Source of the DNA: Ophelia neglecta
Lineage: Eukaryota
Assembly: GCA_965285935.1 (NCBI GenBank)
Contig: OZ260662.1
Span: 29,946,001 to 30,010,000, forward strand
Reading direction: 5' to 3'
DNA: 64,000 nt
Shown: one piece after another, positions 12,501 through 26,115 of the stretch
How positions within the stretch are numbered: position 1 is the stretch's first letter
How the letters are laid out: the number at the start of each line of letters is the position of its first letter
Program-made: the position numbers and the translations under genes
The notes under the pieces: model-generated
Seen by the model: the letters and a program-made list of their open reading frames with translations, nothing else
What the model was told of the DNA's origin: nothing
Databases searched by the model: none

Positions 12501-15500
12501 GAGTAAATATGCGTTCCATGCGGCTGAAGGAGTTAGATGTTAAAGCCAAGCACATCATGCTATACTATGTAACTAAAATCCAATGAAATCGTCCAAAGCA
12601 AATCCTATTCTTATGACTATACATCTGCGACCAAGATTTATTGACTACAAATCACGTTTTGTTAAGTTTATCATCAATGCGAAAACTCAGATAAATTGTC
12701 CTCTGTTATCATCACGACTGTTGCAGAGATGCAGACATATGTTACAATCAATAATTGCATTTCGTCGAACTTTGTCGTTTCGGCATTTTGAAACATACAT
12801 GTTAGAACCGGAATACCAGAGGGTGAAAACGAGTTCCAGTCGTAAAGTGGATAATGATCAGGCCAAATTATTAAGGAAAAGGTAAAAATTGAGGTATTTT
12901 ACCAACTTAATAAACCATAATACGAAAGTAGAAAAGGAACAATTCCGAAGCTATGGAATGGAAGTTTAATGTTTAGCAATGGCAATAAAAACCTTTTAAT
13001 AGTTTTAATCGCAATTGTTTTATTAATGGAGCTGTTTAAAATGTATTCCAAAACGCGTAAATGAAAGGGGTGCTTGTATCTATTCATACATTGACACACT
13101 TCTTTCTCATTTAACGCGTATCTAAAGCTACTTTTATAAGCTTTGTTTAGTGAAACACGATACTAAACCTAAACAGTGTGTATGGAAATGTTGAAATAAA
13201 AGAAAAATGGAAATATCCTTTCAAACTAGTACAGGTGTCAACCTTTCAAAGCCCCCCTAATCTTATTCGTCATATGCATTAGCAAGTGATAATAGTTTCA
13301 CATCCGCCCTCTCTTTCCATTTTAGTTTCGTACTTATATGCAGTGTGCCGGTCTATAGGGATACTTTTTGAAACAGACCGTTGGCTAACAGATGGTTATT
13401 AAATCTATTGGGCATTTTTCCCTATCGCAGCTTATATTTTTCTGCTGGTTACCATTACCGTCCTTATGATTTATAATTGCAATTAATATTCAGGCCTGAT
13501 CCGTGCATATTTAAACAAATTTTGGATTATGGCGAAAAATGAATTAAGTATGAGGGTTGAGCGTAATGCCAAAGAAAGTAATTGTTTTCTTTTCCTGCTT
13601 ATCGAATGTCAGTGTTTGAACGTGCAATTATTACCAACGCCTCATTTTCTGGCAACATGCGTAGAAACTAATCTTGAATAGGGTAATTGTGGTCTATTTA
13701 TATCAGTATCTTTCAAGAACTATGACTGCTTTTGTAGTTAATTCATTTAAGCTAATTCCAAGTAGAATGGTTCCTCTCATGTTTAGCTGGCTATTTCTGT
13801 CTTGAAAGGCAAAGGAAACGAAAATCATCTACATGTACATACATGTATTTAAGCCATGGCCAAAGCCAATACCCTGGCAGACGACAATTAATGTATACTT
13901 GAATCATAATGTTCTTGTACGATTAGGAAGTGTGCAATTTATATTCATTCTGAACTTTGATATAACTAGAAACATCACCCGAATGCCTGAATGGATGCCT
14001 GTTGCCGTTTTAATGAATGTATGTACTAGTGGCAGCCTGTGATTGATACAACAACGCTTATGTGTCCTTTAATTATTATCCGTATGTTGTTATTGACTTT
14101 CACTGTTATTCTAAGTTTTATCTGTGGACAGGGTTCTTCGTCACAATATATGAGATGAATAGAATACAATGTTATATTGTTTTGCCATTAATATCATCAA
14201 CTCATATGAACTTAGAACAACAATTGTGCAGTGAACTTGTGACATTTTTTCTTTCCAAGTCATTCTGCCTAATAAATCACATAGTGTTAGGGTACATGTT
14301 GTTAATTTATCACGCGTGCTTCGGCAAACAACTAGTTAGCTCTGATTACGAATTAAATGAACCGTTATGTGCGCTATCTATTGAAAGTAATGAACAGGCA
14401 CATGGCTAAAACAGGTTTCCAATATATTAGATCGGGGTCCACGTTGCCGTGGACATGAAACAATCGGGTATTTTAATGTGTTGGAGCACATTTTTGACAT
14501 AACAAAACCCTGTTTCCATCGATAGAAATCAGTGTACGCGTTACCTTGGGGTTTCATTTTACCTGAAAACACTGCACTTTATAGAGTTTGTTATCAGTTT
14601 AGCCGTCAAGTTGGTTTTTAAGATTTTTACAATATCCTGTAAAGAGTGTCATGCCATGAATATCCGCTTCACATGCATTTTGCTATAAAAGCATGTTGTT
14701 ATGCATATGAATTGATATAAAGGACGTTCTGAAAGAAATAATCAATTTACCGTTCAGATTTAGCTGTCTCTAACCTCACGATCATTTCATTTTCAAAAGA
14801 ATTCGTTTGTCAGCTTACGATACAGTGATTTATTATCGACACGCATTTTACAATGAAAGACATTGCAATGGGCTCTGCAACATCATACGGATATCAGAAA
14901 TAATATTCAGTCGGCAGAGACATGGATATACGTGAATATTACACAATAAATGGATGTACACTTGCCAGGTACACCCGAAGACTAGTCCCCTAGCACCATC
15001 CAGGTACGTACGTTTTCGTGAATATAGAATGGGAATATCATGTTCGTTTCTTAATGTGGATACTTTCTTAACTCTAGGAAGGCTAGCTTTATTAGATACA
15101 AATGGGAAGAGATAATTATAATGTTTCTTATAATATTATTTAAAAGCAACTTGTCCGAATCTGTTCATGTATGACTTTAATTGGTTTCTAAAAAACGACA
15201 GGGAATTTTTATCAATAGTTAATCGATGCCTTCACAAGGCGTATCGGAAAACTGGTTCTTCTGCGACGTGCATCTGACTTCCGCATTCAAGGGCTCTGCA
15301 ATTTGATCAAATCCTCCCTATTTGGAGGCTGGGGGGGGGGGGGGGATATTTCTGTGACATCCAATCGCATATATTATTACCCAACCATCCCTAAATAATG
15401 GCCGCCATCTTATTTGAGCTGTCTGATCTAACCTGGCATTTCGCGAATTGTACACATGGTGTTCAATTCCTGCTTTAAGACTAAAATTTTGTCACCTGAC

Positions 15501-15838
15501 TAAAGCTGGGCTACGCTCGGGGATCGCAACCCAATCTTGGGCCAACACAGATTACCTGCGGTAAACTGAAAACGATATTACAAAGGGTGGCTGCGACTTA
15601 CGACCTTCGACTAAGGTCAATATCAAATATCAAACTTGGTCTTGAAGTTTAATATTATTTCCACACCCCGCCCAGGTCTAGAGCTACGTGTCTTTTCCAT
15701 TAAACCTGGGAGAAAAGCACATAAGCATACATAGGGCTCATAATTCACGCCCCGAATGCTGGGGAAATCGGAATATTGCTGTTCTTTTCTCAATAACGAT
15801 CATTAAAACGTTTTTTTCGGCTTAAAAAGATATATAAA

Positions 15839-18189
15839 CTACTTGGTCAGTTTAAGTGTGCTGAAAAGAAATTTGATAAACTTTTGTATAAGTCAGAAAG
15901 ATTGTTTAGGAGGTAACAAGCCCAGGGTTTGGAAACTGTGTCAACTGAAAACCCAAAACTATTTTGGGATCAGTTGAGAAATATTGGACCACGCAAAACA
16001 GCGGTGACACCTGATAAGGTTAAGGTAGACGGTGAGATAATATGTGACCCAGATATAGTTAAAACCAAATGGGAAACTGATTTTGCAGGTTTATTAAATA
16101 GGGGAGAGAGTGAGAGGTTTTTTGAAAGTGATTTTTATATTTCTACACTACAACATTTAGACAATGTAAAGGATACTGTCACTATTGACGATCCTAATCA
16201 AAATGCATTCTTGAATACTCCAATTACATGGGAAGAGGTATTTAAAGCTACTGAAAGGCTAAAGTTAAAGAAAGCTGTAGGACCTGATAATGTATCTAAT
16301 GTGATATTGAAGAATTCTGATCTCAGAAATATTTTCACTGCTCTCTTAAACACATGTTTCCAGAAAGGTATAACTCCTTCAGTCTGGTCAAAGACTTATA
16401 TAAAACCAATACCCAAAGGTGCTGATAAGGACCCATTTGTTTCCCTGAATTATCGGGGTATCAGTTTAATCTCTTGTGTAGCCAAATTGTACTCCTCAAT
16501 ATTAAATTCTCGTATTGTAGCCTACAGCGATATTATGTTTTTTTTTGTAGATGAACAAAATGGTTTTAGGAAAAATAGAAGCTGTGAAGATCATATCTTT
16601 GTATTGCAGAGTATAATTAGAAATCGAATTGCAGAAAATAAATCTACCTTTACTACATTTATTGATTTAGAGAAAGCGTTTGATTGTGTCGATAGAAATT
16701 TACTCTTATATCGTCTTTTGTTATATAATATTGACGGAAAAATGTTTCATGCAATTAAAAGTATGTACTGTAACACAAGTAGTTGTATATTGCTAGGTAA
16801 CAATCTGTGTACAAACTGGTTTTCAGTTTCCACTGGAGTACGCCAAGGGGACAACTTATCTCCCACAATATTTAGCCTATACATTAACGATTTAGCAAGG
16901 GACATTAAGTCGCTGAATCTGGGTATTGATAGGCCTATAGGCCAGGATAACATAAGTATACTTTTGTACGCAGATGACATATGGTGTTAATTACTGACTC
17001 TGAAGTCAAAATGCAGAAATTATTAGATTGTGTATACAAGTGGTGCAAACGTTGGAGACTAACCGTCAACAATGCCAAAACAAAGTGTATGCAATTTAGA
17101 CCCAAAAAATGTGCTCTAACAAATTATGAATTTAAGTATGGTACTTGTGTTGTAGAAATTGTTCGCAGTTATAAATACTTAGGTGTTATTTTTGATGAGT
17201 TCTTGACATTTGATGAGTGTATACAGACAATTGCCGGTGCAGCTGGTAGAGCGTTGGGTGCTATAATCTCTAAGTTTAGACATGTGAAAAGTATTGGGTT
17301 TAATACATTTAAGAAGCTTTTTGACACTGGTGTAGTTCAAATCATGGACTACGGAGCAGGTGTGTGGGGGTATGTTAAAGCTGCTGCCATGGACACTGTA
17401 CAGAATAGGGCTGGTAGATATTTCTTAGGAGTTCACAGATTTGCTCCAAATGCTGGTGTAACTGGGGAGTTAGGATGGATTTTGCCAAAGTATAGGCGCT
17501 ATTTATGTATGTTTCGTCTGTGGAACCGATTTGTCAAAATGGAACACAGTAGGCTTACAAAGAGAGTATTTGAATGGGATATTGGAAAAGGGAAGAAAAA
17601 CTGGTCAACTGAACTTAAGAATCTGTGTAATAATTTAGATGTAGGGGACTTATTTATTAATTGTGGTGTATGTGATGTAGAAGTTATTAAAGAAAAGCTG
17701 ACACAGCGAATGATAGATGAGTGGAAGGGATGTTTATCGAGCAAACCAAAGTTGAGAACTTATGTTAAGTTTAAAAGAGATTTCGAAACAGAGCCATATG
17801 TTTTATCTATGGGGTTGCAAAAAGAGCAGAGGTCATTGCTATCACAATTTAGATTAGGCATTTTACCTATTTCCATTGAAACGGGTCGATTTAGACTTAT
17901 TAAGGATGATGTAACCAATAGGTTCAGACATTTAAAGCCAGAAGAGAGGGTCTGTGAATTGTGTTCATTAAATTTGGTGGAGGATGAATTTCACTTTTTG
18001 TGTATCTGTCCTGTATATAATGATTTTAGAGCTTGTCTGTATAGAAAAGCACAGGAAGTCAATTCAGATTTTGTTTTGCTTCCTGAAGAATGTAAATTTT
18101 TGTTTATTGTTAAAACTTTGTGGAAAGATCTTTCGATATATTTGCAAAGCGCCTGGCACTGTAGGAAAAATATATTATATACTAGATGA
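15839..18189 (+). pseudogene. LINE ORF2 reverse transcriptase (disrupted)
   Basis: Motifs KAVGPD, NYRGISL, QNGFR, FIDLEKAFD, GVRQGDNLSP, YADD (16967-16978), YKYLGV, ETGRF and C-x2-C-x9-H-x4-C (17953-18009). There is an in-frame TAA at 15914-15916. An AT duplication at 16979-16982 splits ORFs 15929-16990 and 16981-18189; the restored sequence reads YADDMVLI. Confidence 0.95.
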
Positions 18190-18475
18190 TTAGTTGCCAA
18201 ACTTGTTCTCTGATTATATTTACCTAATACTCTGTTTTGATTTACTTGCTTTTGAATGCTTTGGGTGTCTCCTGTGCTTGGGACTGACGATCTTATTTTG
18301 TTTATAAATAACACATAGAGGTATGCACTGTACAATATATATATATACTAACCAAATTTAAAGTGACGAATAAGCCCAAGGAGGGCTGGGTACAATGTTG
18401 ATTTTAACCAATTTACTTGTTTATGACAAATGTACTGTGTCACTTTAATAAATAAAAAATACTATACTATACTAT
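15839..18475 (+). mobile_element. 5'-truncated non-LTR retrotransposon (LINE; RTE-X-like or CR1-group clade with C-terminal zinc knuckle)
   Basis: ORF2 homology runs from ~15839 to the stop at 18189, followed by a ~280-nt 3' UTR, AATAAA and an (ACTAT)3 tail at 18461-18475. TATAAA occurs at both 15833-15838 and 18473-18478 (probable TSD). ORF1 and the endonuclease are absent. The clade call is tentative. Confidence 0.95.
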
Positions 18476-18713
18476 AAATATGCGAGAAGCTACGAGAGCT
18501 ATCGGTGGTGTCTTTCAGATACAAAAGCTGTTTGTTTAATGACCCAACATGTTGTCTGAAGTAACGTTACAAAACTAAACGTTTCTACGTATCGAAATGT
18601 GAAAGAAAGTGTCTGACAATGAGCAAATAAGTTATAGAATGGTATTGGTTTAGTTTTTAATACGTATGGTTTCATGACCTAACTCCAATACAGCTGAGAA
18701 GGCTTGTAAGCAT

Positions 18714-18823
18714 CCTCTCGCTTGATTGATGATATAGATTAAGGCAAGCGTATACGAATAATTATAAGCTTCCTCTCGGTTGACAGGTGATAAATGAAGG
18801 CAAGTGTATTCGTATAATTATGA
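18714..18823. repeat. Degenerate ~58-bp tandem duplication
   Basis: CCTCTCG.TTGA...TGATA...AAGGCAAG.GTAT.CG.ATAATTAT occurs twice, starting at 18714 and 18772. Confidence 0.75.
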
Positions 18824-21374
18824 TAGTGGCGTTGTGGTGAATATCCTATTCCTTCAGTAATCAATAGGCCCTAGTACAATAGACTAACTATATTTTTCTC
18901 TTAAACGCGCCAGGTGAGACATTTCCTTTTTGACATTTTAATAAACCTTTCAAACATCATTTTTCTGATTAAAGCTGAATGACTGTATATACTAAAACAC
19001 GACCAAGTGCATAAAATATTATTGTATATGGAAATATGGATATAAGTAACCATGTTTCAGGTGCATGGATGCTTCATATAACTCACTTAAACTGACCAGT
19101 CAAATCCAAGTTTCGGAAAAATATGGCTGAAAGCTTTTCTGTGAAATAAGCATAAAATAATATTGTACGGGTCACTTTCAATATATCTTGATATTGGTTA
19201 CAAAGGAAAACATTTAATACGCACTATTTTTGGATGACAAGTTTATCAAACCAATTATAAAGAAGACCTGTTAAATTTATGAAAACTAGTTTATTTTCTT
19301 GAGCATACTGAAAGCAGTTTTGGTATGTCCTCTAGTTCCTAAAGAGAGAATTGAGATCTACAGAGCTATAAAGATACCTAGGTGCATATTTGCTGCCATA
19401 AAAGAGCGATATGTGGAAACATTGCCTTATGGTTTGTATTTAACTTGAGTCTGGATTGCCAAATAATCAATTTACTGGAATGATACTAAAAATATACGTT
19501 TTGTTTTGTAGAAGATTTGCGATGTGTATTCATTGTATGAAGGATGCCGCCGTTTTTTCCATCATTTTTTGTGTCACTTTTTTCTTGCCCTTTTTACACT
19601 ACGTGATGTTGCTTAACCTATTATATTATTTGTTAATCCACTCTGGTTTGTTGACAATGCAGTACCCACCCCTTTGTGAAGCCATTAACTGCTGTTATGT
19701 TGATAATACGACCATACCCTGCAAGAATGAGATGACCTATGGTTATGGTTGTCATGTTGGCACAGGTTTATCAAGAGCCAGTTCATACCATATCACCGAT
19801 GTAATGGCTGCCCTGCACTTCTCTGTTCGCTCATTAATAAATGTCTTTGGCCCTTTAACGGCGATGTCAATGCTACAACTCTGGGGGATGTTTGTAGCCC
19901 GCAATGACCCTTTAATTATTCGATTGAGTATGAACTTTCCTTTACCAAGGGCTAGTCTCAACGGAAATTAATCTCTCGGATAACGAGTTTGGAAAATCGA
20001 CAAAACAAAAACGGAGTAGATTCCCAGCAGACAAAACATAATCATTAATCAGTCCGAAATCATCCCATGGGCCCACGTCTATACTACCTTCATAATCTTA
20101 TGAACACCGTGCATATGCACTTTTAAAATGTCTTTAGCCCTTTATCAGACTTGCATTCTTCGGTTGTGTGTTTTGTCTGTTAGAATACTCAGTCATTCCC
20201 TACTGAATATCACCTACAGGCTTTTACTGCCCCTAGTCTTAACCAAATTTACTCGGTCACCTCTCGCCTGACACGAGAAGGTCGACTTAAGTCGAGGCAA
20301 GCCACGCAAATATAGCCACGTCTGGTGGTCATTCTAGTCTTCGGTACACGGCGGATAGCCTCCCCCCCCCCCCCCAAAGACATATATATATATAAATTTG
20401 TCACCATAACATTAACTGTAATACAATGCAATGTGAAAACACAGACGCAATACTCTCTTTATATGTCCACTATCGAAAAAGGCAAACCATCAAACGTGTT
20501 GTCATTATTATATTTAATAATTTACCTACGTAAACGTATTAAAAAATGACGCAGGAATAATGGTACAAAAATAATTTTACAGACAGCAAATAAATACATT
20601 CAATTCGGCAAACGAAGATAATTATTAGTTATAAATGTTTATTGAATTCGAATCAAGTAGTCCGGTCTTTTATAATTGATTATGCGACATAATCTACTGT
20701 TAAAGGTATGGTATCTAGAAGGTTTGTTTAAAAATGTTAAAATTTAAGAGGATATGCTGGCTATGGGGATAAAGTGCAGCTAGTGTTGCCATTTTGAATG
20801 GTTATATCTTCCATATGTCCATCCATATACATTAAATAGCAATCTTGGATATACAAGGCATGACCAAAGTTTTTAAGGCAGGGCGTAAGGGCATAGCGTC
20901 AATGCCCCAAAGTGTTTGCTCACATGTGATTCTAGCAAAAAAATGACATTGAGAAAGGAAATTAGCACTATTAAATTGTGGCAATGTTTTGTCTAGTCTG
21001 AGCCTGTGGACACTGCTAAAGACAAGCTCACATATAATATAAAGATAATAATAAAACGGACTTATACAGCGTCTTAATCCAGGTGATGGCCACTCATTGG
21101 CCTTAAAGTCACCTTGAGACACTACGATAATAAAAAACAATACAATATAAGAGGAATAAATTAGCACAAATTAAAAACCAGCTACATGAATATAAATTGA
21201 TATCATCTACAAATTTAAATACACATTTCCAATAATAAGACTGACTAGTATTCCAATACTATCACATATATGTTGAAGTAGAAAGATGGGAATTTAAAGA
21301 TTATTTAAAACAATCAGATGATTGCATACCACGTAGTTGAATATGGCAGCTAACTTGACATGTTAAATGCGACG

Positions 21375-22200
21375 TTTAATTACCTGTCATCTGCATAGAA
21401 GTGGAAGCTTATCTAATGTCCTCTCATAATATCACCAATGCACACTGTAAATATGGTACACAACAAAGGACCGAGTACCGACCCGTGAGGAACAACCAGT
21501 GTGGGGTCGGTTGAGTCAGACCAGCGTCCACGGATGCTCTCACATTGACTCCTATTTCTGGGGTATGGGACAAACCAAGGTAGCGCAGAAACCCATTATT
21601 CCAATGCGGTTTTCATTCGATCCAGAAGACACTTAAATGTTGTCAACCGTGTCAAATGCTACCGATCAATCAAGCAACATGAACGAAACGGAATCACCAC
21701 GACCCGCAGATAGTAAAAAAAAAGTCTGTACATGTCTGTCAATGGCACTTTTAACATTGTGGCATTGCTTGTAGGCTCATGATCCAACTTGCTTATGGTT
21801 AAGTATTAAACTATTATTGCTGTAACCTATTGTTCGATGACCTGTGAGACAAACAATATTTGACACTTGCCTATAATACTTCGGGGCATGCTGCGGTAAA
21901 TTTGTCTTTTAATGATTGGAGGAACTGCTGCAGTATTAAAGTTGTCAGGTAATTTTGGATTAGACGTTTTGACAAGACTAGTAGGAACCGGAGAGAACCG
22001 GACTTTGGGGTGATTGCTCTCGGCTCTGTCGTAGATTCTAGTTTAAAAAGAGGAAGTTGTTTGCCCTCAAACAACTGTCTGCTTTTAATTGTATAGAGGC
22101 TGAGTAAGCGCCTTACGAATGTTCTCGATCATTGTGAAAAGAAATCTCGTGGGCAACGTCAGTGCTTACTCAAGCAGATGTAGGGCGGACTGCTTGATGG
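21375..22200 (-). pseudogene. Decayed L2/CR1-group RT fragment
   Basis: Minus-strand translation gives PVPTSLVK, AFDTVD, WF..Y...RSQ, VPHGSVLGPLL and HFYADD (21386-21397) in the correct order, with many stops and indels. Confidence 0.85.
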
Positions 22201-23004
22201 AGTTAATCAGACTTCGCGTAATACGGCTGCTCAAGTCCTTTTGGTTTCCATTATTCTTTGATTTATCTGGTCACAATTGTAGCACGTAATGAGTTTGTGG
22301 GCAGAAATATAACAATTCGGTTACACGCGGTAGAATTGTAAAGGTCTCTTTTACAACTGAACATACATCCATTGTTGCGGACACTGACAATACGGTCTAA
22401 ACATTATCCTTTTGCTCAAATGTTACTACAAAAACAACGCACCCGCCAACTTATTGACATTGCCAGGCAATATATCATTACTACCGTGTCCTGTTGAATA
22501 GCCACCGTCCGCACGGCAAAACTGTATAGAGTTATATGTACAAGTGCAATAGAATGTGATTAGATTAATAAACCGACGGCGTGTTAGTTGGCCATCGTAG
22601 TACCATTTCCTCTAGATAGCTAGACGATTATGTAACTGTCAAATAGTGATTGTAGCAATAAAACAAGGAGTTTGGCGGTAAAATATGAATTTTAATAACA
22701 AAGAGAATGAGTCTCAACAGAGACGAGTTAAATACATATATCAACTTTAATTTACACATCTATTTGTAGGTTTAAAACGCTTCCTGTCATCTCCAACCAA
22801 ATTGTTCTTAACTGAGTAAGTTTCCAAGAAAGTAGTGTTTATGTTGCTTATTACGTTTCTAAACACTATTACTCATTCATCCAATATTATTTTGATAATT
22901 TGGCTCATGTTATTTCCGAGAGAAATGCTGCCACCAAAACAACTGAGCATGTTACTCCCTGGTTTGTCCAGATTTCTCTTGTACCCCGAGTCAGATTATA
23001 ATTG

Positions 23005-23530
23005 TTACAAGTAAAAGTAGACCTGGGCGATCATTAATTAGTTCCCCGTCGCTTGGGGACATGGAAGTTCCACACAGAGTATAAGGATAATGTGAAATTG
23101 GCAAAGTCACCCATCTTTGAACTCCTCAAGGGACATTATATGGTGATTAAATAACGTACGATTTATTGCGATAGTTCAAACTACTGCAACATGATTGTGA
23201 GTTCCCTGATTAACAGACCTGTTATATTATATGGCCTTGGCATTAAGCCGTAGATAACCATCTTCGAACTCATCCAAGATGTAGTAAATAATTTACATTA
23301 GTTTTGTGGCATTATCTCAAATAACTGCGATAGGATTGTGAGTACATTGATTAATAGGCCGTCACCGAGCTGATCCAAGGCCATGCGGTGATGACTATTT
23401 GATGTAAGTTTGGTGAGTGTAGGTCAAAGCATCGCAATGTTATCGTGAGTGCTTGTTTCGGACGGTGGCACGGAAGTAAGGACGGGCAGCAGTTCCAGAG
23501 TCCCCACGTCGCGTGAGACGGGGGACTATC
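23005..23530 (+). mobile_element. Helentron/HINE-like non-autonomous element with internal tandem repeats
   Basis: 5' TTCCCCGTCGC sub-terminal motif. Two to three diverged ~110-150-bp internal units (CCATCTT.GAACTC...GATTGTGAGT). Decayed GACGG microsatellite, then a 3' hairpin AGTCCCC-aCGTC-gcgtga-GACG-GGGGACT (23499-23527). Confidence 0.6.
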
Positions 23531-25981
23531 GATGGGCCTTCCGATAACCATTGAGATTGCCGTCAGAATTCGCTGGTGGTTCAAAGGGCACTTGTCTTTT
23601 ACCCGACAACATCTAGCCAATAGCCATTTTGGGGTTTCAAACGCTAAACTATAAAATGGAGAACATTACCTTTTACTAATCCCACTGATTACCTCTTTTG
23701 GGAAAAAAGTTTACTTCCTTTAGATTTTTATTAAGGCTCGGCCAAGTATCTCTAACCAAGAGACTAACCAAGTGAAAATTAAGGCCCAAGTTTTAGCCAC
23801 TGCATTTCTATTTTCTCAATACATTTTCGACTAAATTGAAAGTAAATCAGTTCATATATAAGAGTGATATGGCATTCTGTGGGACAGCTTGAATAGCCAA
23901 GGATAAGAAAGGACAAAGTAATATATTTCCAATGAATTAAAACGAAATAAGAATAACCTTCCAATTCGTAATCTGAGTTTTAGACTTTGAACTTTTAAGG
24001 GTTTGGGCCTGTGAAGAAAACGATATATAATTATACAAGTACATGCCAAGTGACTGATATATCTGCACAATATACTAACATGCATACTTAAGGTTTATGA
24101 CCATTCGAATTTGATTGAAAGAGGAGAATATTTAGCAAATCGAACTTGGTAAAACCTCTCACTACCAGCGCCAACATAACATTTTATTCCGACACGAACA
24201 ATGGCATTTTGACTTGGATAAATTAAGTGTTATTGGTCAAACCATTGGCCTTGAGCGCAGTCTGGCGCCAAAACACGCTATTCTCATTCAATGTCAAAGG
24301 AAAAAACACCATCATATGCCTGGGGCTCAGGACATTGCTCTATTGAAATTGATTTTCCCACTAATCCTGGATTATAAAAGTCGATACATTGTGTCACATT
24401 TTAGTGTTCTGGCAGGAGCTGTATGAAGAGGGTTTTATGACCCACGCAATATAACTCAATTTATTTGATACATTACTCGTTGCTACTGCAAACTGGCGAG
24501 GACTTCTTTAGATGCTATTTCAATAGCTTTGAATGAACTTGGATACAGCCACTTCGCTCAAGTGCACAGTTTTATAACCTTTGAGGCGGACAGAATGTAA
24601 CACTAATCGAACAATTAAAGGGGCATTGAACATCACAATGTTGAAGTCCTAGTTTAGTTGTAGTCAGTCGTAAGATTATAGATCAGGGTGTAGATACAAT
24701 GACTGTACCGTCAAAATAGAACTGTTTATAGGAAGTAGGCTGTGTTTGTCCTGAGCTTATATAACTAGCGTTACATGTTCCTTTATCGGCGAGACAATAG
24801 TTCTTATCAGGCTATAGATTTAACGAGGAAGCAATGAGATGCTGGATGTCGTGGAATTTACTATAAAAGGCATCTATTAGGGGTAGGGGTCGCGGTAGGG
24901 TTAATTTTAGGGTAATGTTACTGTTATTCAATTCCATACCTGATTCAGAATCCCAAGCCTGCACTTCCGGTCTATTTAGGGTTTGACATGCTTTGACATA
25001 CTAGCAACATTCAGGAGACACGTGAGGTATATAAAGTGGATATTATAAGGTATATAATGATAGGTGTTTCAAATCATATTTCCTAATAATGTATTATATA
25101 AAAAAAAAGCTGTAGTCGGAATCATGGTGAGTGCGTTACTTACAGCATAACTGGGTTGAATTGATAAATAATGATCAAACCAAGCATGAAATAGACACTT
25201 TAACTTAGATCCACAGTATACAGATATCTGTTTACACAATTATATACAAATGTACACATAAATCGAGTATGTTTTCTTTTAAATGAAGTAAGGCTGTTGG
25301 GATCTTGGAATCCGTGGGTAAAGCATTTCTCCGCTGACGAATCTGTGACTGAAAAGACTGCTTTACCAATTTAATTCTAGGATAATATAGCTTTAATTGG
25401 GAAAAGATATAATATTGCGCGTACCTTGACCATATTCAGATCGGTAAAATTATAAGAGGCTTGTCCATATTAATTTTTAATTTCGTTATATAAAGAAAAT
25501 AGATTAGTTGTAGAGACAGATTACATATAAAATACTCGGGAGGCTAGAAATACTGGCTTCTCTATACAAACTCCCCGTAGCACATCGGGTTAATCTGTTT
25601 TGCCATTTTATCAGTGTAAGTTTATTCTTTACCGTATAGTTTCTCAATCCGGAAGTATGTCACGAGGGAAAATGCACACCATCTTGTCTGGAACCCAGCA
25701 CGCAGGGATTGGCATATCGCGTGCAGGCCTATGTAACTAATTAGACCAAGTTCTTGGTCCGTCCTTTGCGAACTCAGAGTAGCTGCACCAAAACAGGGTT
25801 ACTGATTTGATGTGCGTGTGCTGTGGGATTGAAGATGTGACGTTAGCCCGAATGATCCTACAATGTCAGTGCCACCATTCACTGAGAGGGAAATTGATGA
25901 ACAAATTTAAGACTGCATTTGAATTCCATCGTATTGAACAGCTGTAGTGTATTGTACCAAATTGATTGCCAACATCTTACG

Positions 25982-26115
25982 AAATAGTGAATGACCGAAT
26001 TATTGGACTGGACGGGAGGTGGCGCAGTGATATCCGAGGAGCCACTAAGCCCCGAGGAAATTACGTAGCAACCTAGGATCCAGTCAATGGCCAATCCTGA
26101 GGCTATTCACTGTTT
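25982..26115. repeat. Degenerate foldback (inverted repeat) with a central CCGAGG pair; probably a non-autonomous DNA element
   Basis: Arms AAATAGTGAATGACC / GGCTATTCACTGTTT and TTGGACTGGA / TCCAGTCAA flank CCGAGG...CCGAGG. Confidence 0.5.

Noticed and set aside
12583-12885. YMLEPEY motif reminiscent of Kolobok-associated proteins
   Set aside because: A single short motif, with no matching TTAA-flanked TIR pair or Cys-rich domain found.
16975-16990. Programmed frameshift or two-gene organisation of the RT
   Set aside because: The break is a simple AT duplication inside the catalytic strand, with no slippery heptamer. An upstream stop also shows decay.
19456-19971. 171-aa ORF
   Set aside because: It has a non-ATG start, a low-complexity hydrophobic composition typical of T-rich DNA, and no recognisable motif or splice structure.
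20832-21167. 111-aa minus-strand ORF with a signal-like N-terminus
   Set aside because: It has a non-ATG start and a composition expected from AT-rich sequence. It illustrates the chance rate of such ORFs.
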